A stretch of 58,518 nt of DNA from Sporopachydermia quercuum. Lineage: Eukaryota. Under the pieces are notes generated by a model that was given only the letters and a program-made list of their open reading frames with translations, was not told the origin of the DNA and searched no databases. A program made the translations under genes and the position numbers. Numbering within the stretch: position 1 is the first letter of the stretch; the number at the start of each line of letters is the position of its first letter. Of this stretch, positions 46,688 to 57,803 are shown one piece after another. The stretch lies in the NCBI GenBank assembly GCA_001599295.1, contig BCGN01000004.1, positions 1,182,138-1,240,655 of the forward strand. Reading direction: 5' to 3'.

Positions 46688-47812
46688 TTATCCTTTTTCG
46701 TCATTAGTTTAGTAGAAATCTCAGTATGAATTTCTTTCCCTTGCTCAAACTAGCTGTATCTATCTTCGAAGAAACTTTCCGGATCGTAATTCCCACGGTC
46801 TCCAACGCGTTTCGGAATATTCTGCTTTTCCTTAACTAACTCTATGAATCTTCCTAAATAAAGTTGGCACTTTAATTCCGAGTCGCATTCTCCCACAACT
46901 TTAGTCGAATCTAATTCTAACTTTATTTTGATTTCAGTTTTCCACATTAAGACCTTTTACCTTTCTGGGTCAGGTGGAGCTCTTACTCGAACTATATCCT
47001 GAATGCATTTTATATATTAACTCTACTATTTCTCGTTTAATGATCTCATCTGTTTAATTTTGAATTAACGTGGTAAAGAATTGCTTATATACATCTAAGA
47101 TTTCTGCATTCATACCATAGCCAATCAATCCCTCCCCAGTTTGTCAGTTATATATAATTTTCGCCTAAATATTATCAATATTCAATATATTTTATCTATC
47201 AAATTTTCATTCTGCATCGAACAAGTGTTTGTATTGCTATCAACCAATCTGTTAGCAGGAACTCAACAGATTCCTAATCGACTTTTGACTGTAGTTCAAC
47301 AATCATTGCAGTCTTTTTAATTCATTCAACAACCAACGTGCTATTCATATCAAATATTGATTGGCTTCCATAACATTTGATTCACTTCAATCATTAAGGA
47401 AAGGGGCAAAAAAGAAAGGAAGGAGAGTACAAGATCAATGAAAGTTTTCAACATATCAGATTATTCCATTTTTGCATCTTTAAATCTTTAAAGACTTAGT
47501 ATCAGATCCATATTCGATGAGGTAGTGATACATGTTTAAGTTTTATTTCTGCTAGGGGGAGTAGAGTGTTAAAAAAGATCGCCCATTGATTTACAGATTA
47601 GCTGTTTATCTGTCAGATAGATCCAAGACAAGATTACTCATACTACACCATACTCATTACGGAGACCAACTTCTTTGTTACTAGAAGAGAACACGACGAA
47701 GGGGGTTGCTAAATTATCACAATATTGATAGAAGGAGCCAGTCAGTATAAGAACAAACTTTTGGCTCTTTCTCGCTTATTTTCAGCTCTTAGCTACTGTA
47801 CCGTTGATTTAA

Positions 47813-49165
47813 ATGTTTGGGCTAAAGTTCATCAGGCCAATGCATCAACACAATTCAAACCAGACATGGCACCCAACTAATTCAGGATTGTTCAAACCAG
47901 TATTTACTTCAGTCAAAGGAGAAACTGATAAATCAGAAGAGCTTTCTAATATTTTAGGCTCAATGGATTCGAATTCGAGGCCAACATTGCCATCATTGTC
48001 TTCAATCCTTAACTCACCTAAAGTGCCAATCAATACTAATGCTCAGAATGCCATAAATCCTTCTGCTTCAATAGGCTCTCAAAATATATCAAATGAATAT
48101 CACCAATATCAAACCAATCAAATAGTCGTTCCTTTTTCATCTTTATCTAATCCGAACCTCAATACACATTTTGGCCCAGGTTGTACAGCGGTAGGGATGG
48201 CAACGTCGATATCATTGCCCTCCAACACGTCAACAAATTCTACACCTAATACAAAATATTTTCCTCTAACAGTAGTGTCACCGAAAAGTGGCAGTGCCCC
48301 TAACATTAATATGAGTGGCCCACATTCTTTTCAACACTATTTTATACCTCCAGGTGCTGGAGAACCAAACTCTACTTTAGTTCAAAATCATGCTTCACAT
48401 TTACAATCGTTCATGTCACAGCCAACAAGTGACCAAACACTTGTTACACAAACACAAACGAAAAACGACACGGTGCAGGAAAGCTCCTTACCATCATTTG
48501 CGCAGAATGATAATAAGAAAAAGGGAAAGAAGAAGTCCTCCAGCAGTAGGAAAAAAGCCGAAAGTCAAGGGAAGTCTACGATTTCGCTCGAAACTAGAGC
48601 GAAAGTTGGGAAGCCAGAAGTCAAAAGGCGGACGAAAACTGGGTGTTTGACTTGTAGGAAACGTCGTATCAAATGTGATGAAAGGCATCCAAGCTGTTTA
48701 AACTGCGAGAAGTCCAAAAGAGTTTGTTCTGGATATGCTACTGTATTCATAGACGATAAATTAAAGCATAATAGTTTCCCCAGTGCNCAACAGATTCCAC
48801 ATCATTTGCCTCAACAGCTTCCTCCAGATCCTCAAAAAATGTCTATTTCAAACGTTGAACAACGATTACCACAGCATATTGTACCTCCTACCGTTCAATC
48901 AATAGATATTCACCAAAGCCATATAATCCCGGGTGTTAATCAACAACAAATACCTATAGGCGTGAGTTATGGATACGGACAGTCCACAAACAAATTGCAT
49001 AACAGTACACAACTACCTCCATTAAATGCATGGCTATCGGGTACGCCTCCTTTTCATGTTGCACCACAAGTAAAATCTCCAGGACATGAAGCCCAATATC
49101 AAACAGTTATAAATACATCACCTCCATTGATGGATCCTACCACTATGTACAGACAAGGCTCTTAA
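47813..49165 (+). CDS. Zn(II)2Cys6 transcription factor without middle homology region, Wor2/Moc3-like
   Basis: KRRTKTGCLTCRKRRIKCDERHPSCLNCEKSKRVCSGY flanked by S/Q/P-rich low complexity. LPSLSSIL motif near the N-terminus. Alternative ATGs at 47840 and 47963. Confidence 0.88.
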   Translation: MFGLKFIRPMHQHNSNQTWHPTNSGLFKPVFTSVKGETDKSEELSNILGSMDSNSRPTLPSLSSILNSPKVPINTNAQNAINPSASIGSQNISNEYHQYQTNQIVVPFSSLSNPNLNTHFGPGCTAVGMATSISLPSNTSTNSTPNTKYFPLTVVSPKSGSAPNINMSGPHSFQHYFIPPGAGEPNSTLVQNHASHLQSFMSQPTSDQTLVTQTQTKNDTVQESSLPSFAQNDNKKKGKKKSSSSRKKAESQGKSTISLETRAKVGKPEVKRRTKTGCLTCRKRRIKCDERHPSCLNCEKSKRVCSGYATVFIDDKLKHNSFPSXQQIPHHLPQQLPPDPQKMSISNVEQRLPQHIVPPTVQSIDIHQSHIIPGVNQQQIPIGVSYGYGQSTNKLHNSTQLPPLNAWLSGTPPFHVAPQVKSPGHEAQYQTVINTSPPLMDPTTMYRQGS

Positions 49166-51046
49166 TGATAGAGCNGCACTATATCAATTGATCATTTTAC
49201 TACAAAGACAATGAAATAGTTTCCTTTCTCTTTCCACTGTTGTTGTTGTTGCTATATTATCTACTGGTTCATTTATGTTATATTACTGGCTTATAAGTGT
49301 ACTTTTTATGTATGAGTATGAATACTAGATGTGTTTTATGAGCACTGGCAGCAATATTACTGGTGGTAGTAGTTGGAGTAGTTGTTGTTCATCGTTGTAT
49401 TCTGTTTAAACATGTCGTAGTCGTGAGAAAGTGCTGTTAGTGGATTATAGGCAAATAATTTTGCCGAATAGAAAGTAATGGAAGTAAATTTTTTGGGAAA
49501 TATGAATTTATTCTGTTGTCCGAGGAGCAATAACTGAAGCAAGAAGGCACGGCAACAGAGGTAATTAGGATCCCTAATTGAAAATGACTAGAGTTGATTA
49601 AAAGTTTACTACAACGATCAAGCACTTAATTACGGATGAATTACTGAAGCGCTCTTCTAAACCCCAAATATTCAATCATTACTACTATAGCTACATTCAA
49701 AACAAACTTGCTCATACTTGGTATCAATTAATATCACTCCTTTTGTTCCCTTCTGCATAGAATATACGATGCGATGCAGTCGCTTAATCCCAATACCAAT
49801 TCAATTGTCCAATCCATTTGGCAACCAAAATTATTAAACTTCTCCCTAACTTGAAACTATACGGGAAATTATCAGTTGTAGTTCAACTTTATTCAGATAA
49901 AGTTAACGATTTGAGTGATGCGTGCAACTTCATTCCATGGTGCCTTATTATTTATTAGATGACCAATCTATCGNTTTGGACGCCTCTACAATTCTATTTC
50001 ATTGAAATTAGAGATGAATAAACATGAGCCTCATTGTTGACTCTTTTGAGGATACAATACATGAATAATGTCAGTACTCGATAGTACTTACTTCCCAAAT
50101 ACTACTTTTGGATAGGAGTGAGAGTATTCAATTTATTCATTTATCGAATCAGTTTAAGAATAAGTTGTTGCAATATCCTTTGTTCGTGTCATCTCCTCAT
50201 GAGTTGTTGTGCCACTGTAGTTAAGTTGTTTCAATCCTGTTACCGAAATCAGGGCTCATATTTCTTCTTCTCTCGAATCTCAAATTTTAAATGCTGACAA
50301 GCTTTCTTGATTTTTCTCCTCTCACATCAACTGTACAAAAAAGTTTAACGATTACGTACGTATAACTTTAAGCTTTGTGTTACGCTTGTGGCTTTAACCT
50401 AATTGTTTTTTTTCAAACCTAATTTCTGACTTAACAAAAGGCTTCCTTTTCTTTTCATTGTTCTTTGTTAACGAAGTAACTATATATCAATGGCATCCTC
50501 ATCTTAACAAATTTTTTAATCTCCGGTGTATACCCTTATCATATGTCCTACCACAGAGCCTCCTAATCCAAACTGTACTGACCAACTGCTCTTCCACGTT
50601 CTTCTAATTGAGGCTATTTCATATCTTTCCCCCCATGAGTCATGGATGTGATCCGTCGTTTCATTTCTTAATAAGGTTAACTGATCATAATGCAACAACT
50701 ATTTGCAACTTTACCGCCAAAAATTAATCCAACCACAATCACTCAGGATAATAGTGATCACGTAATCTATGATTTCAGGTTTACTCCTACATGCGATAAT
50801 CCCAAACTTTAAAATGAAACTGGTTCATTTCAGTTTCTTGCAACAGATCTAATGCCCAATTCTCTTTTCTGCATAGCCTGTGGTTGACTTGATCAATATA
50901 CTTTCATGATGGGAATCTCACCCACCTCTTAGAAAATCAAGCTCAAAGTCATGGTGTTTACCTAATTCTTTAAGTGCCGTCAGTCCTCAATAAAGTAATT
51001 TAAATGATTAAGTAATCTGTTTTTCTATAATACGTGTTAGTGTCGT

Positions 51047-51054
51047 CCGGGTAA
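51047..51054. promoter_or_regulatory. Reb1 site CCGGGTAA upstream of ALA1
   Basis: Exact consensus about 260 bp upstream of ATG 51312. Confidence 0.5.
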
Positions 51055-51311
51055 CTTCATGTTGTAAAATCTAGAAGTGAGTAATTATTATGATAGAAGA
51101 ATTTTTGATTGGGAATCCAAAGGCTGAATTAAATTATTGTGCTAGATAAAGTAAAAGCCATCAGAAGACTAACTAATGGAACTAACGAAGATATCTATCG
51201 ATTCTTAGATCCAAAAGAAGGTTTAAAATAATCTTAGAATTGATCAATTCTGGACTAAGGGTTATTACTAATTGACTTCATTAGGTGAATAACTTGAATT
51301 GGGGTTTATTG

Positions 51312-54287
51312 ATGTGGAAGTTGCAACAGGGCATCTTTCATCAAGGAATAACTACATTTAGAAGGTGTCTGAGCACCAAATTTCAATCAAATATCCATAA
51401 TCGTAAGATGTCTGAATGGACTGCTAATAAGGTACGAGATACCTTCTTAGATTATTTCAAGCAAAAGGATCATACTTTTGTTCCGTCATCATCTGTAATT
51501 CCTTATGATGATCCAACCCTTTTGTTTGCCAACGCTGGTATGAACCAGTACAAACCCATTTTCTTGGGAACTGTAGATCCAGCTTCTGATTTTGCTAAGC
51601 TAAAGCGTGCAGTGAACTCTCAAAAATGTATCAGAGCCGGTGGTAAGCATAATGATCTTGAAGATGTCGGTAAAGATTCTTATCATCACACTTTCTTCGA
51701 AATGCTTGGTAATTGGTCATTTGGTGATTATTTCAAGAAAGAAGCTATTGCCTGGAGTTGGGAGCTCTTAACCAAAGTTTACGGGTTAGATCCTTCTCGT
51801 TTATATGTCACTTATTTTGAAGGAGATGAAAAAGCAGGTTTGGAACCAGATCTAGAAGCTAAACAATACTGGAGTGATATTGGTGTACCTGAGGATCATA
51901 TTTTGCCAGGTAATGCGAAAGACAACTTTTGGGAAATGGGTGATCAAGGTCCATGTGGTCCTTGTAGTGAAATTCATTATGATCGTATTGGCGGACGTAA
52001 CGCTGCAAGTTTGGTGAATCAAGATGATCCTAATGTGTTAGAAGTATGGAATAACGTGTTTATTCAATTCAACAGAGAATCAGATGGAACACTGAAGTCT
52101 TTGCCTGCTAAACACGTAGATACTGGTATGGGTTTTGAAAGATTGGTTTCAGTTTTACAAGACAAATTATCAAATTACGATACAGACGTGTTCATTCCTC
52201 TTTTCGAAAAAATCCAAGAAATTACTGGTGCTCGTCCCTATAGTGGAAAGTTCGGAAAGGAGGATGTCGATGGAATTGACACTGCTTATAGAGTATTAGC
52301 AGATCACGTAAGAACACTCACATTTGCTCTTGCTGATGGTGGTGTCCCTAATAACGAAGGTCGCGGTTATGTTCTTAGACGTATTTTAAGAAGAGGAGCA
52401 AGATATGCTAAAAAATACTTCAACTATCCTATTGGAGATTTCTTCTCAAAGCTTGCTCCTACTCTGATTGCTCAAGTATCTCACATTTTCCCTGAAGTTG
52501 CTAAGAACCCTGAGGATATTTTCGAGATCTTGAATGAAGAAGAATTGTCATTTGCCAAAACTCTAGACAGAGGTGAAAAGCTATTTGAACAATACGCAGA
52601 AAAAGTTGCCAACACAGAATCTAAAACACTTAACGGTAAAGACGTGTGGAGACTTTATGATACCTACGGATTTCCTGTTGATCTTACTAGATTGATGGGT
52701 GAAGAAGCTGGTTTGAAGATTGATGAAGCTGGTTTCGAAGCTGCTCAAGCCGCTTCTAAAGAAGCTTCTAAAGGCGGAAAGAAGTCAAGTGGAAAAGCTT
52801 TGATCAAATTAGATGTACACTCGATCAGTAGAGCCAATAATGAATTAAATCTGCCAAAGACAGATGACAAGTATAAGTTTGAGAACCAAGATATTGAAGC
52901 AACTGTTCTTGCATTGTATGACGGAAAAGATTTTGTAGATGTTATTTCTGAGTCTACTGAAGAAGGAAAAGAATATGGTGTTATCGTGGACAAGACACCT
53001 TTCTATGCTGAACAAGGTGGTCAAGAATATGATACAGGAAAAATGGTAATTGANGGACAATTTGAGTTCACAGTAACTAATGTTCAAGTTTATGCTGGTT
53101 ATGTCTTACACACTGGCTACGTTTCTGAAGGTTCCTTGAAGGTAGGTGATAAGGTCATTGCTGGTTTTGATGAACTTAGAAGATGGCCTATAAGAAATAA
53201 CCACACTGGTACCCATATCCTTAATTTTGCTCTAAGAGAGGTTTTAGGTGATTCTATTGACCAAAGTGGTTCCTTAGTTGCTCCTGGAAAGTTAAGATTT
53301 GATTTCACCCATAAGAAGGGTCTTTCTAAAGAAGAGCTAGTAAAGATTGAAGATATTAGTAATAAATACATCAAAAAGAACTGTGAAGTTTTCTCAAAGG
53401 ATGTTCAATTGGATTTGGCGAGATCTATCTTCGGTGTAAGAGCTGTGTTTGGTGAAACTTATCCTGATCCTGTTAGAGTGGTATCAGTTGGTGTCCCTGT
53501 TGAAAAACTCTTGGAAGACGCAAATAGCGAAGAATGGGGTAGCGTTTCTATTGAATTCTGTGGTGGAACACATGTTGGTAAGACTGGTGAAATCAAGGAG
53601 TTGATTATCATAGAAGAAAGTGGTATTGCCAAGGGTATTAGAAGAATCGTTGCTGTAACTGGAAGCGATGCATATGAAGTCCAAAGAATTGCTAATGAGT
53701 TCTCCAAAGAATTAGACCTACTGGATAAGACTCCCTTTTCAGCAGAAAAGGAAGCCAAGATCAAATCCTCTGGATTTGCTCTGAATCAACTGTCCATCTC
53801 TGTTGTTACCAAAGCTGAATTGAAAGAAAGATTCAATAAGATCCAGAAACAAGTTGTCGATGAATCGAAAGCTAGACAAAAACAAGAAGCAAAGAAAGCC
53901 CTTTCAGCTGTTACATCATACTTTGAATCTGAAGCTACCTCCAGTAAACCCTTCCTGGTTGCCCAAGTTCCTGATATATCTGCAAATCCTAAAGCTATCA
54001 CTGAAGCAATCCAATATGTTAAAATCAAGGCTAAGGATAAATCTGTGTACTTGTTCGCGGCTTCTCACAATGAACCTAAGGTTGCTCATGGTTGCTTTAT
54101 CTCTGAAGAAGCTAACAAAGAAGGTATAAATGCCTCTGATTTAGCAGCAATCGCTAGTAAATTAGTCGGTGGTAAGAGTGGTGGTAAAGGTGCTACTTGT
54201 CAAGGTGTGGGTACCGAAACAGCTAAAGTTAATGAAGCAATTCAAGAAATTACGAAAGTTTTCCAAGACAAATTATCCATCGAATAG
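51312..54287 (+). CDS. ALA1: Alanyl-tRNA synthetase (mitochondrial start 51312, cytosolic start 51408)
   Basis: [43 protein letters not shown], editing motifs NHTGTH and EFCGGTH, and C-terminal DHHA1 (GGKSGGK). Confidence 0.98.
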   Translation: MWKLQQGIFHQGITTFRRCLSTKFQSNIHNRKMSEWTANKVRDTFLDYFKQKDHTFVPSSSVIPYDDPTLLFANAGMNQYKPIFLGTVDPASDFAKLKRAVNSQKCIRAGGKHNDLEDVGKDSYHHTFFEMLGNWSFGDYFKKEAIAWSWELLTKVYGLDPSRLYVTYFEGDEKAGLEPDLEAKQYWSDIGVPEDHILPGNAKDNFWEMGDQGPCGPCSEIHYDRIGGRNAASLVNQDDPNVLEVWNNVFIQFNRESDGTLKSLPAKHVDTGMGFERLVSVLQDKLSNYDTDVFIPLFEKIQEITGARPYSGKFGKEDVDGIDTAYRVLADHVRTLTFALADGGVPNNEGRGYVLRRILRRGARYAKKYFNYPIGDFFSKLAPTLIAQVSHIFPEVAKNPEDIFEILNEEELSFAKTLDRGEKLFEQYAEKVANTESKTLNGKDVWRLYDTYGFPVDLTRLMGEEAGLKIDEAGFEAAQAASKEASKGGKKSSGKALIKLDVHSISRANNELNLPKTDDKYKFENQDIEATVLALYDGKDFVDVISESTEEGKEYGVIVDKTPFYAEQGGQEYDTGKMVIXGQFEFTVTNVQVYAGYVLHTGYVSEGSLKVGDKVIAGFDELRRWPIRNNHTGTHILNFALREVLGDSIDQSGSLVAPGKLRFDFTHKKGLSKEELVKIEDISNKYIKKNCEVFSKDVQLDLARSIFGVRAVFGETYPDPVRVVSVGVPVEKLLEDANSEEWGSVSIEFCGGTHVGKTGEIKELIIIEESGIAKGIRRIVAVTGSDAYEVQRIANEFSKELDLLDKTPFSAEKEAKIKSSGFALNQLSISVVTKAELKERFNKIQKQVVDESKARQKQEAKKALSAVTSYFESEATSSKPFLVAQVPDISANPKAITEAIQYVKIKAKDKSVYLFAASHNEPKVAHGCFISEEANKEGINASDLAAIASKLVGGKSGGKGATCQGVGTETAKVNEAIQEITKVFQDKLSIE

Positions 54288-54469
54288 TAGTGCTCGATGA
54301 TTAACTTATGATTATTCATCTATGTCATTTCATGTTAGTACAGTACAGAGTCAACATAATCATCTGCCTACTCTATAGAATTATATTTATTAATATTATC
54401 TCATTTATACAATAAACTAGATGTAACCAGCCAATCAAACTTGACATGCTACAATCAAGAAAGTAGCTA

Positions 54470-55066
54470 TCAACTCTCAAACTCAGTATCATCAGTGATA
54501 TTCGCTAAGTCATCATCTAAACTTTTTAACAGATTTTTCCGAAGTCCCGATTCTTCTTTATCCAACCCGGTAGTTTCCAGATCGGCCAACTGTTCCATAT
54601 AAAGCTTTTCTTGTTTATTTCTCAATATCAAATAGTCTTCACATTTCCTTATCGTTCCGGATGCTCGTATGACCCTAATCGTAACGGGTATATGAACTTC
54701 CCCATTGTTTAAAGGTATACTTCTAATGAAAAATAAAGCTGCTATCACCAGTTTGAAATGATCACGGGAAACTCTCAAAATCCCTTTAGACGTTGATGGA
54801 GAAAAATATTTCAGAGATAGTGAACTGATTACTTTACCCATACCATAATCACCAAAATTCTGCTGAATCACTGTCCTTATCAATTTCAACAAAACACCAG
54901 CATTGATTTCCTTATTTAAGCTTTTTATATTAGCATTTATTGGATTATGAAGTGACAGTTTGAACCGATAGAAGTCAATACTGAGATCGTCATTTATCAC
55001 ATCTTTAGGAATGTTCGCAGGATAATCTACCTCGAACAGTATGTAACGTGTTTTTAGTCTGACCAT
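54470..55066 (-). CDS. POP5: RNase P/MRP subunit Pop5
   Basis: MVRLKTRYIL, NFGDYG, LKYFSPSTSKGILRVSR and SGTIRKCE motifs. Confidence 0.96.
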   Translation of the reverse strand: MVRLKTRYILFEVDYPANIPKDVINDDLSIDFYRFKLSLHNPINANIKSLNKEINAGVLLKLIRTVIQQNFGDYGMGKVISSLSLKYFSPSTSKGILRVSRDHFKLVIAALFFIRSIPLNNGEVHIPVTIRVIRASGTIRKCEDYLILRNKQEKLYMEQLADLETTGLDKEESGLRKNLLKSLDDDLANITDDTEFES

Positions 55067-55777
55067 TAGATATGAATTATTGTTACTATATTAGCTTGTT
55101 TGGCGATCGGTAGTCCTGCTTGCTAAAAAAAAATCGTCTGTTTGCATTTCTTAATATATTAAAACTTTACATATCCCAGTGATTGCTACGTTTATTTATT
55201 TCGTTCATCTAGAGAGCATTCTCATTCTCTTGATGAAAATTGATAGCCAAAGGATGCAGATTTCATGCATAATATTTGCATGTTGTCTGCATGCATCACA
55301 TTGCATACAAGTAGAATGTAGAAAAGAAAAAAAGAGTACTTAGATGATTCTTTCCGAAAGAAGAGACATTGTAGAACCGTGATTTTATATTAAGATTAAA
55401 TAGCAGTTACAAGTTTCACATAATGAAATAAACTAAAGTAAAAAAGATAAGTATCAAGAGAGTACAATTCAGAACACGCTAACACTGGTACTTTATAAAA
55501 TTGTTACTAGTTATTTGAACTGGAACCTCCCTGCATTGTGCAAGTATAATACATTATACTACACAATATGCATATGTGCATGACAGTTTCGAACTCCCAC
55601 CAAGTGAGTGAGTTAAGAAAGATCAAAAACAACACTGAAATGTTGCTTCAAAATGATGGCTAAGATTGCAGTAGAAAATATTATCGTTCTATGGTCAAAA
55701 ATAATACGGGCAACCGAATATAATAATTCTAATCAAGCCTAAAGTCATTTCTTTATAGCGGTTAATCCAGTACTACC

Positions 55778-57402
55778 CTATTGCTCGGTTTCGGTTTTAG
55801 ACTTGATGTCAGAGATCATTTGATTGACGCCAAATGGATCGCCTGATTTTGCTGAAGAGAATTCCACAGGTCCTGTTCTTGCTTCTAATTTTTCTCTGGA
55901 AGCTCCTAATCCTTCAAACCGCTTCTCACCGCTAATACGTGCAAGTCTTTCATCTGCATCATCATCATTTACTGTATTCCTCGGTCTGAATATTGTATTC
56001 AAAGCTTCCTGTGCCGCAAACAAAGGCTTATCATACACTTGATCTTCATTAAATCTAGCAGCTCCGCTTCCAGACGCAGCGAATAATCTAGAGTCATATG
56101 CATCTTCACCACTAAGACCTGTAGGTTTTGCAATATGCAAAGCAACTTGTTCGGAAATGTCTCTATTTTCTCTCTTTGCCAAATACTTTACCCGCGTTTC
56201 TGCATTCATCCTGCCGGTTTTAAGTTCTCTGTCAATCTCCTTTCGTCTTTCAGCACGTCTTCGTTCCCTCTCACGATAGCCGGCATCTTCTTCTAAATTC
56301 TTATTAGGAGACCGCGACCTACTCCGCGCGTAGCTATCATTGTAATCTTCCGCCTCTCTTTTTATTCTGTTTCCATTGGTAGCATCTTCATGTGCCTTTT
56401 TCACTAATTCCTTCAATCTCTCCTCATTTTTCTCCTCTTCTTTACGAGCAATCTTGTCCTGTAAAATTCTCCTTTCCCTTATCTCTTCTCTTGCTTTCCT
56501 TTCGGCTTCTGCTAATGCTTCCGCATACTTCGCATGACGATCATTCAATTGTATCTCCTCTACATTGTTCCTTCCTGATGCAGCAATTCTCTTATCCAAC
56601 TCTATGGTGAAACCTTTGGTGTTTCTATAGTTCGATACTACAGGTGGAATGTACCAGGCTTTCTGCTCTTCGTGAGTAACACGTCTTGTAGGAGAATGTA
56701 GTACTGGTGCAGGTGGTGATGGAGGTCCTCTAGGTACTTTGGTATGTTTGAACTTCGGTGGTGCCATAGGATCTTGCTGAACATCAACTATCTTGATTAT
56801 CCGTTGCTTCATTGATGGATCGCCGGTTATACTGGAAGGTGTATATCTGACATATTGTGCTTCCGTTTTCTTATTTACAGCTTGCGCAGCTGCTTTGGGA
56901 TTGCTGGCTGTAAGCTTCGATTCTATTATACTTTCTATTGCTTGTCGAGTTTTCTCTGTTGCATCATGTATAGTTTTATTACCTGGTCGTGCTAATGATA
57001 TTTTGTCTTCTCCCACTCTTTGCCTCAAAGGCATTAATTCTTTAAATGAATTTTGTACTGTCCTTCCCTTCGCATGCCCTCTTAGAGCTATCTCGTCATA
57101 GTTTAATTTCCCATCTTCATCAGTTCGCAAAGCTAGAGCTCCTGCAGTTTCTGGTCTATAACCATGAAATAATGAGTTAGTATTAGTTTTCAAAAGTCAT
57201 AAAATAGTAAAACTTGTAATGATAGAACATGCAACAAAAAGTATCAAAAATATACATACCTCAACTCTTTGCTTTTTGATCGCTCAGTAGTCACTTCTGT
57301 CAAATGGCTGTAATCCTCATAATCAGAATCTCCGTCATCTTTACTTCTCTGTATCTGACCTGAGTTCTTAGGTTTCGGAAGTAATGATGATATGCTGGAC
57401 AT
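55778..57402 (-). CDS. PRP45: Splicing factor Prp45/SKIP (SNW domain), 2 exons: 57402-57260, 57155-55778
   Basis: MSSISSLLPKPK, YVRYTP, DPMAPPKFKH...PRGPPSPPAPVLHSP, RDISEQVAL, YDSRLF and YDKPLF. Intron 57259-57156 has GTATGT, TACTAAC and TAG. Confidence 0.96.
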
Positions 57403-57718
57403 TATTACTATGCTATAATTGATATGACTGCCCTGTTCTGAACCTATCGGTGCCGACTGGCCGTTTCCTTCTTTCTCACCAACTGGATTCTGACAATAAA
57501 ATTTTTTACCTGTCAGTTCGCAGTCACTACTCTATTGTACAATTTGATGATAATCCAGTAATATCAATCTTATATTGGTATCAAGTTTACTTTCAGTTCA
57601 GTAGATCCGAAGAATATCTCATGAATGGAATAAGAATAATAATTGCAAAAAAAAAAATTAAAACCATAGTAGGAGTTTTGATTTATTAATAAAACACTCT
57701 TTAAAAAAATTAAACACA

Positions 57719-57803
57719 AGGTCTTGCCCGGATTCGAACCGGGGTTAGCGGAACATTCTAAAGACATCAGAATCCGCAGTGATAACCACTACACTACAAA
57801 ACC
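57719..57803 (-). tRNA. tRNA-Gln(CUG) with 13-nt intron (57766-57754)
   Basis: GGTTTTGTAGTGTAGTGGTTATCACTGCGGATTCTGA[TGTCTTTAGAATG]TTCCGCTAACCCCGGTTCGAATCCGGGCAAGACCT. 72-nt mature cloverleaf, B box GGTTCGAATCC, T7 Pol III terminator at 57709-57703. Confidence 0.96.

Noticed and set aside
41184..46947. Numerous 60-82 aa ORFs in the long intergenic region
   Set aside because: Mostly TTG/GTG starts, AT-driven composition and no domain, transposase or LTR signatures.
55253..55306. ATGCAGA..ATGCA..TGCAT..TCTGCAT hairpin and TGCAT cluster between POP5 and PRP45
   Set aside because: Built from short self-complementary ATGCAT units, with no recognisable RNA class or terminal inverted repeats with target duplication.
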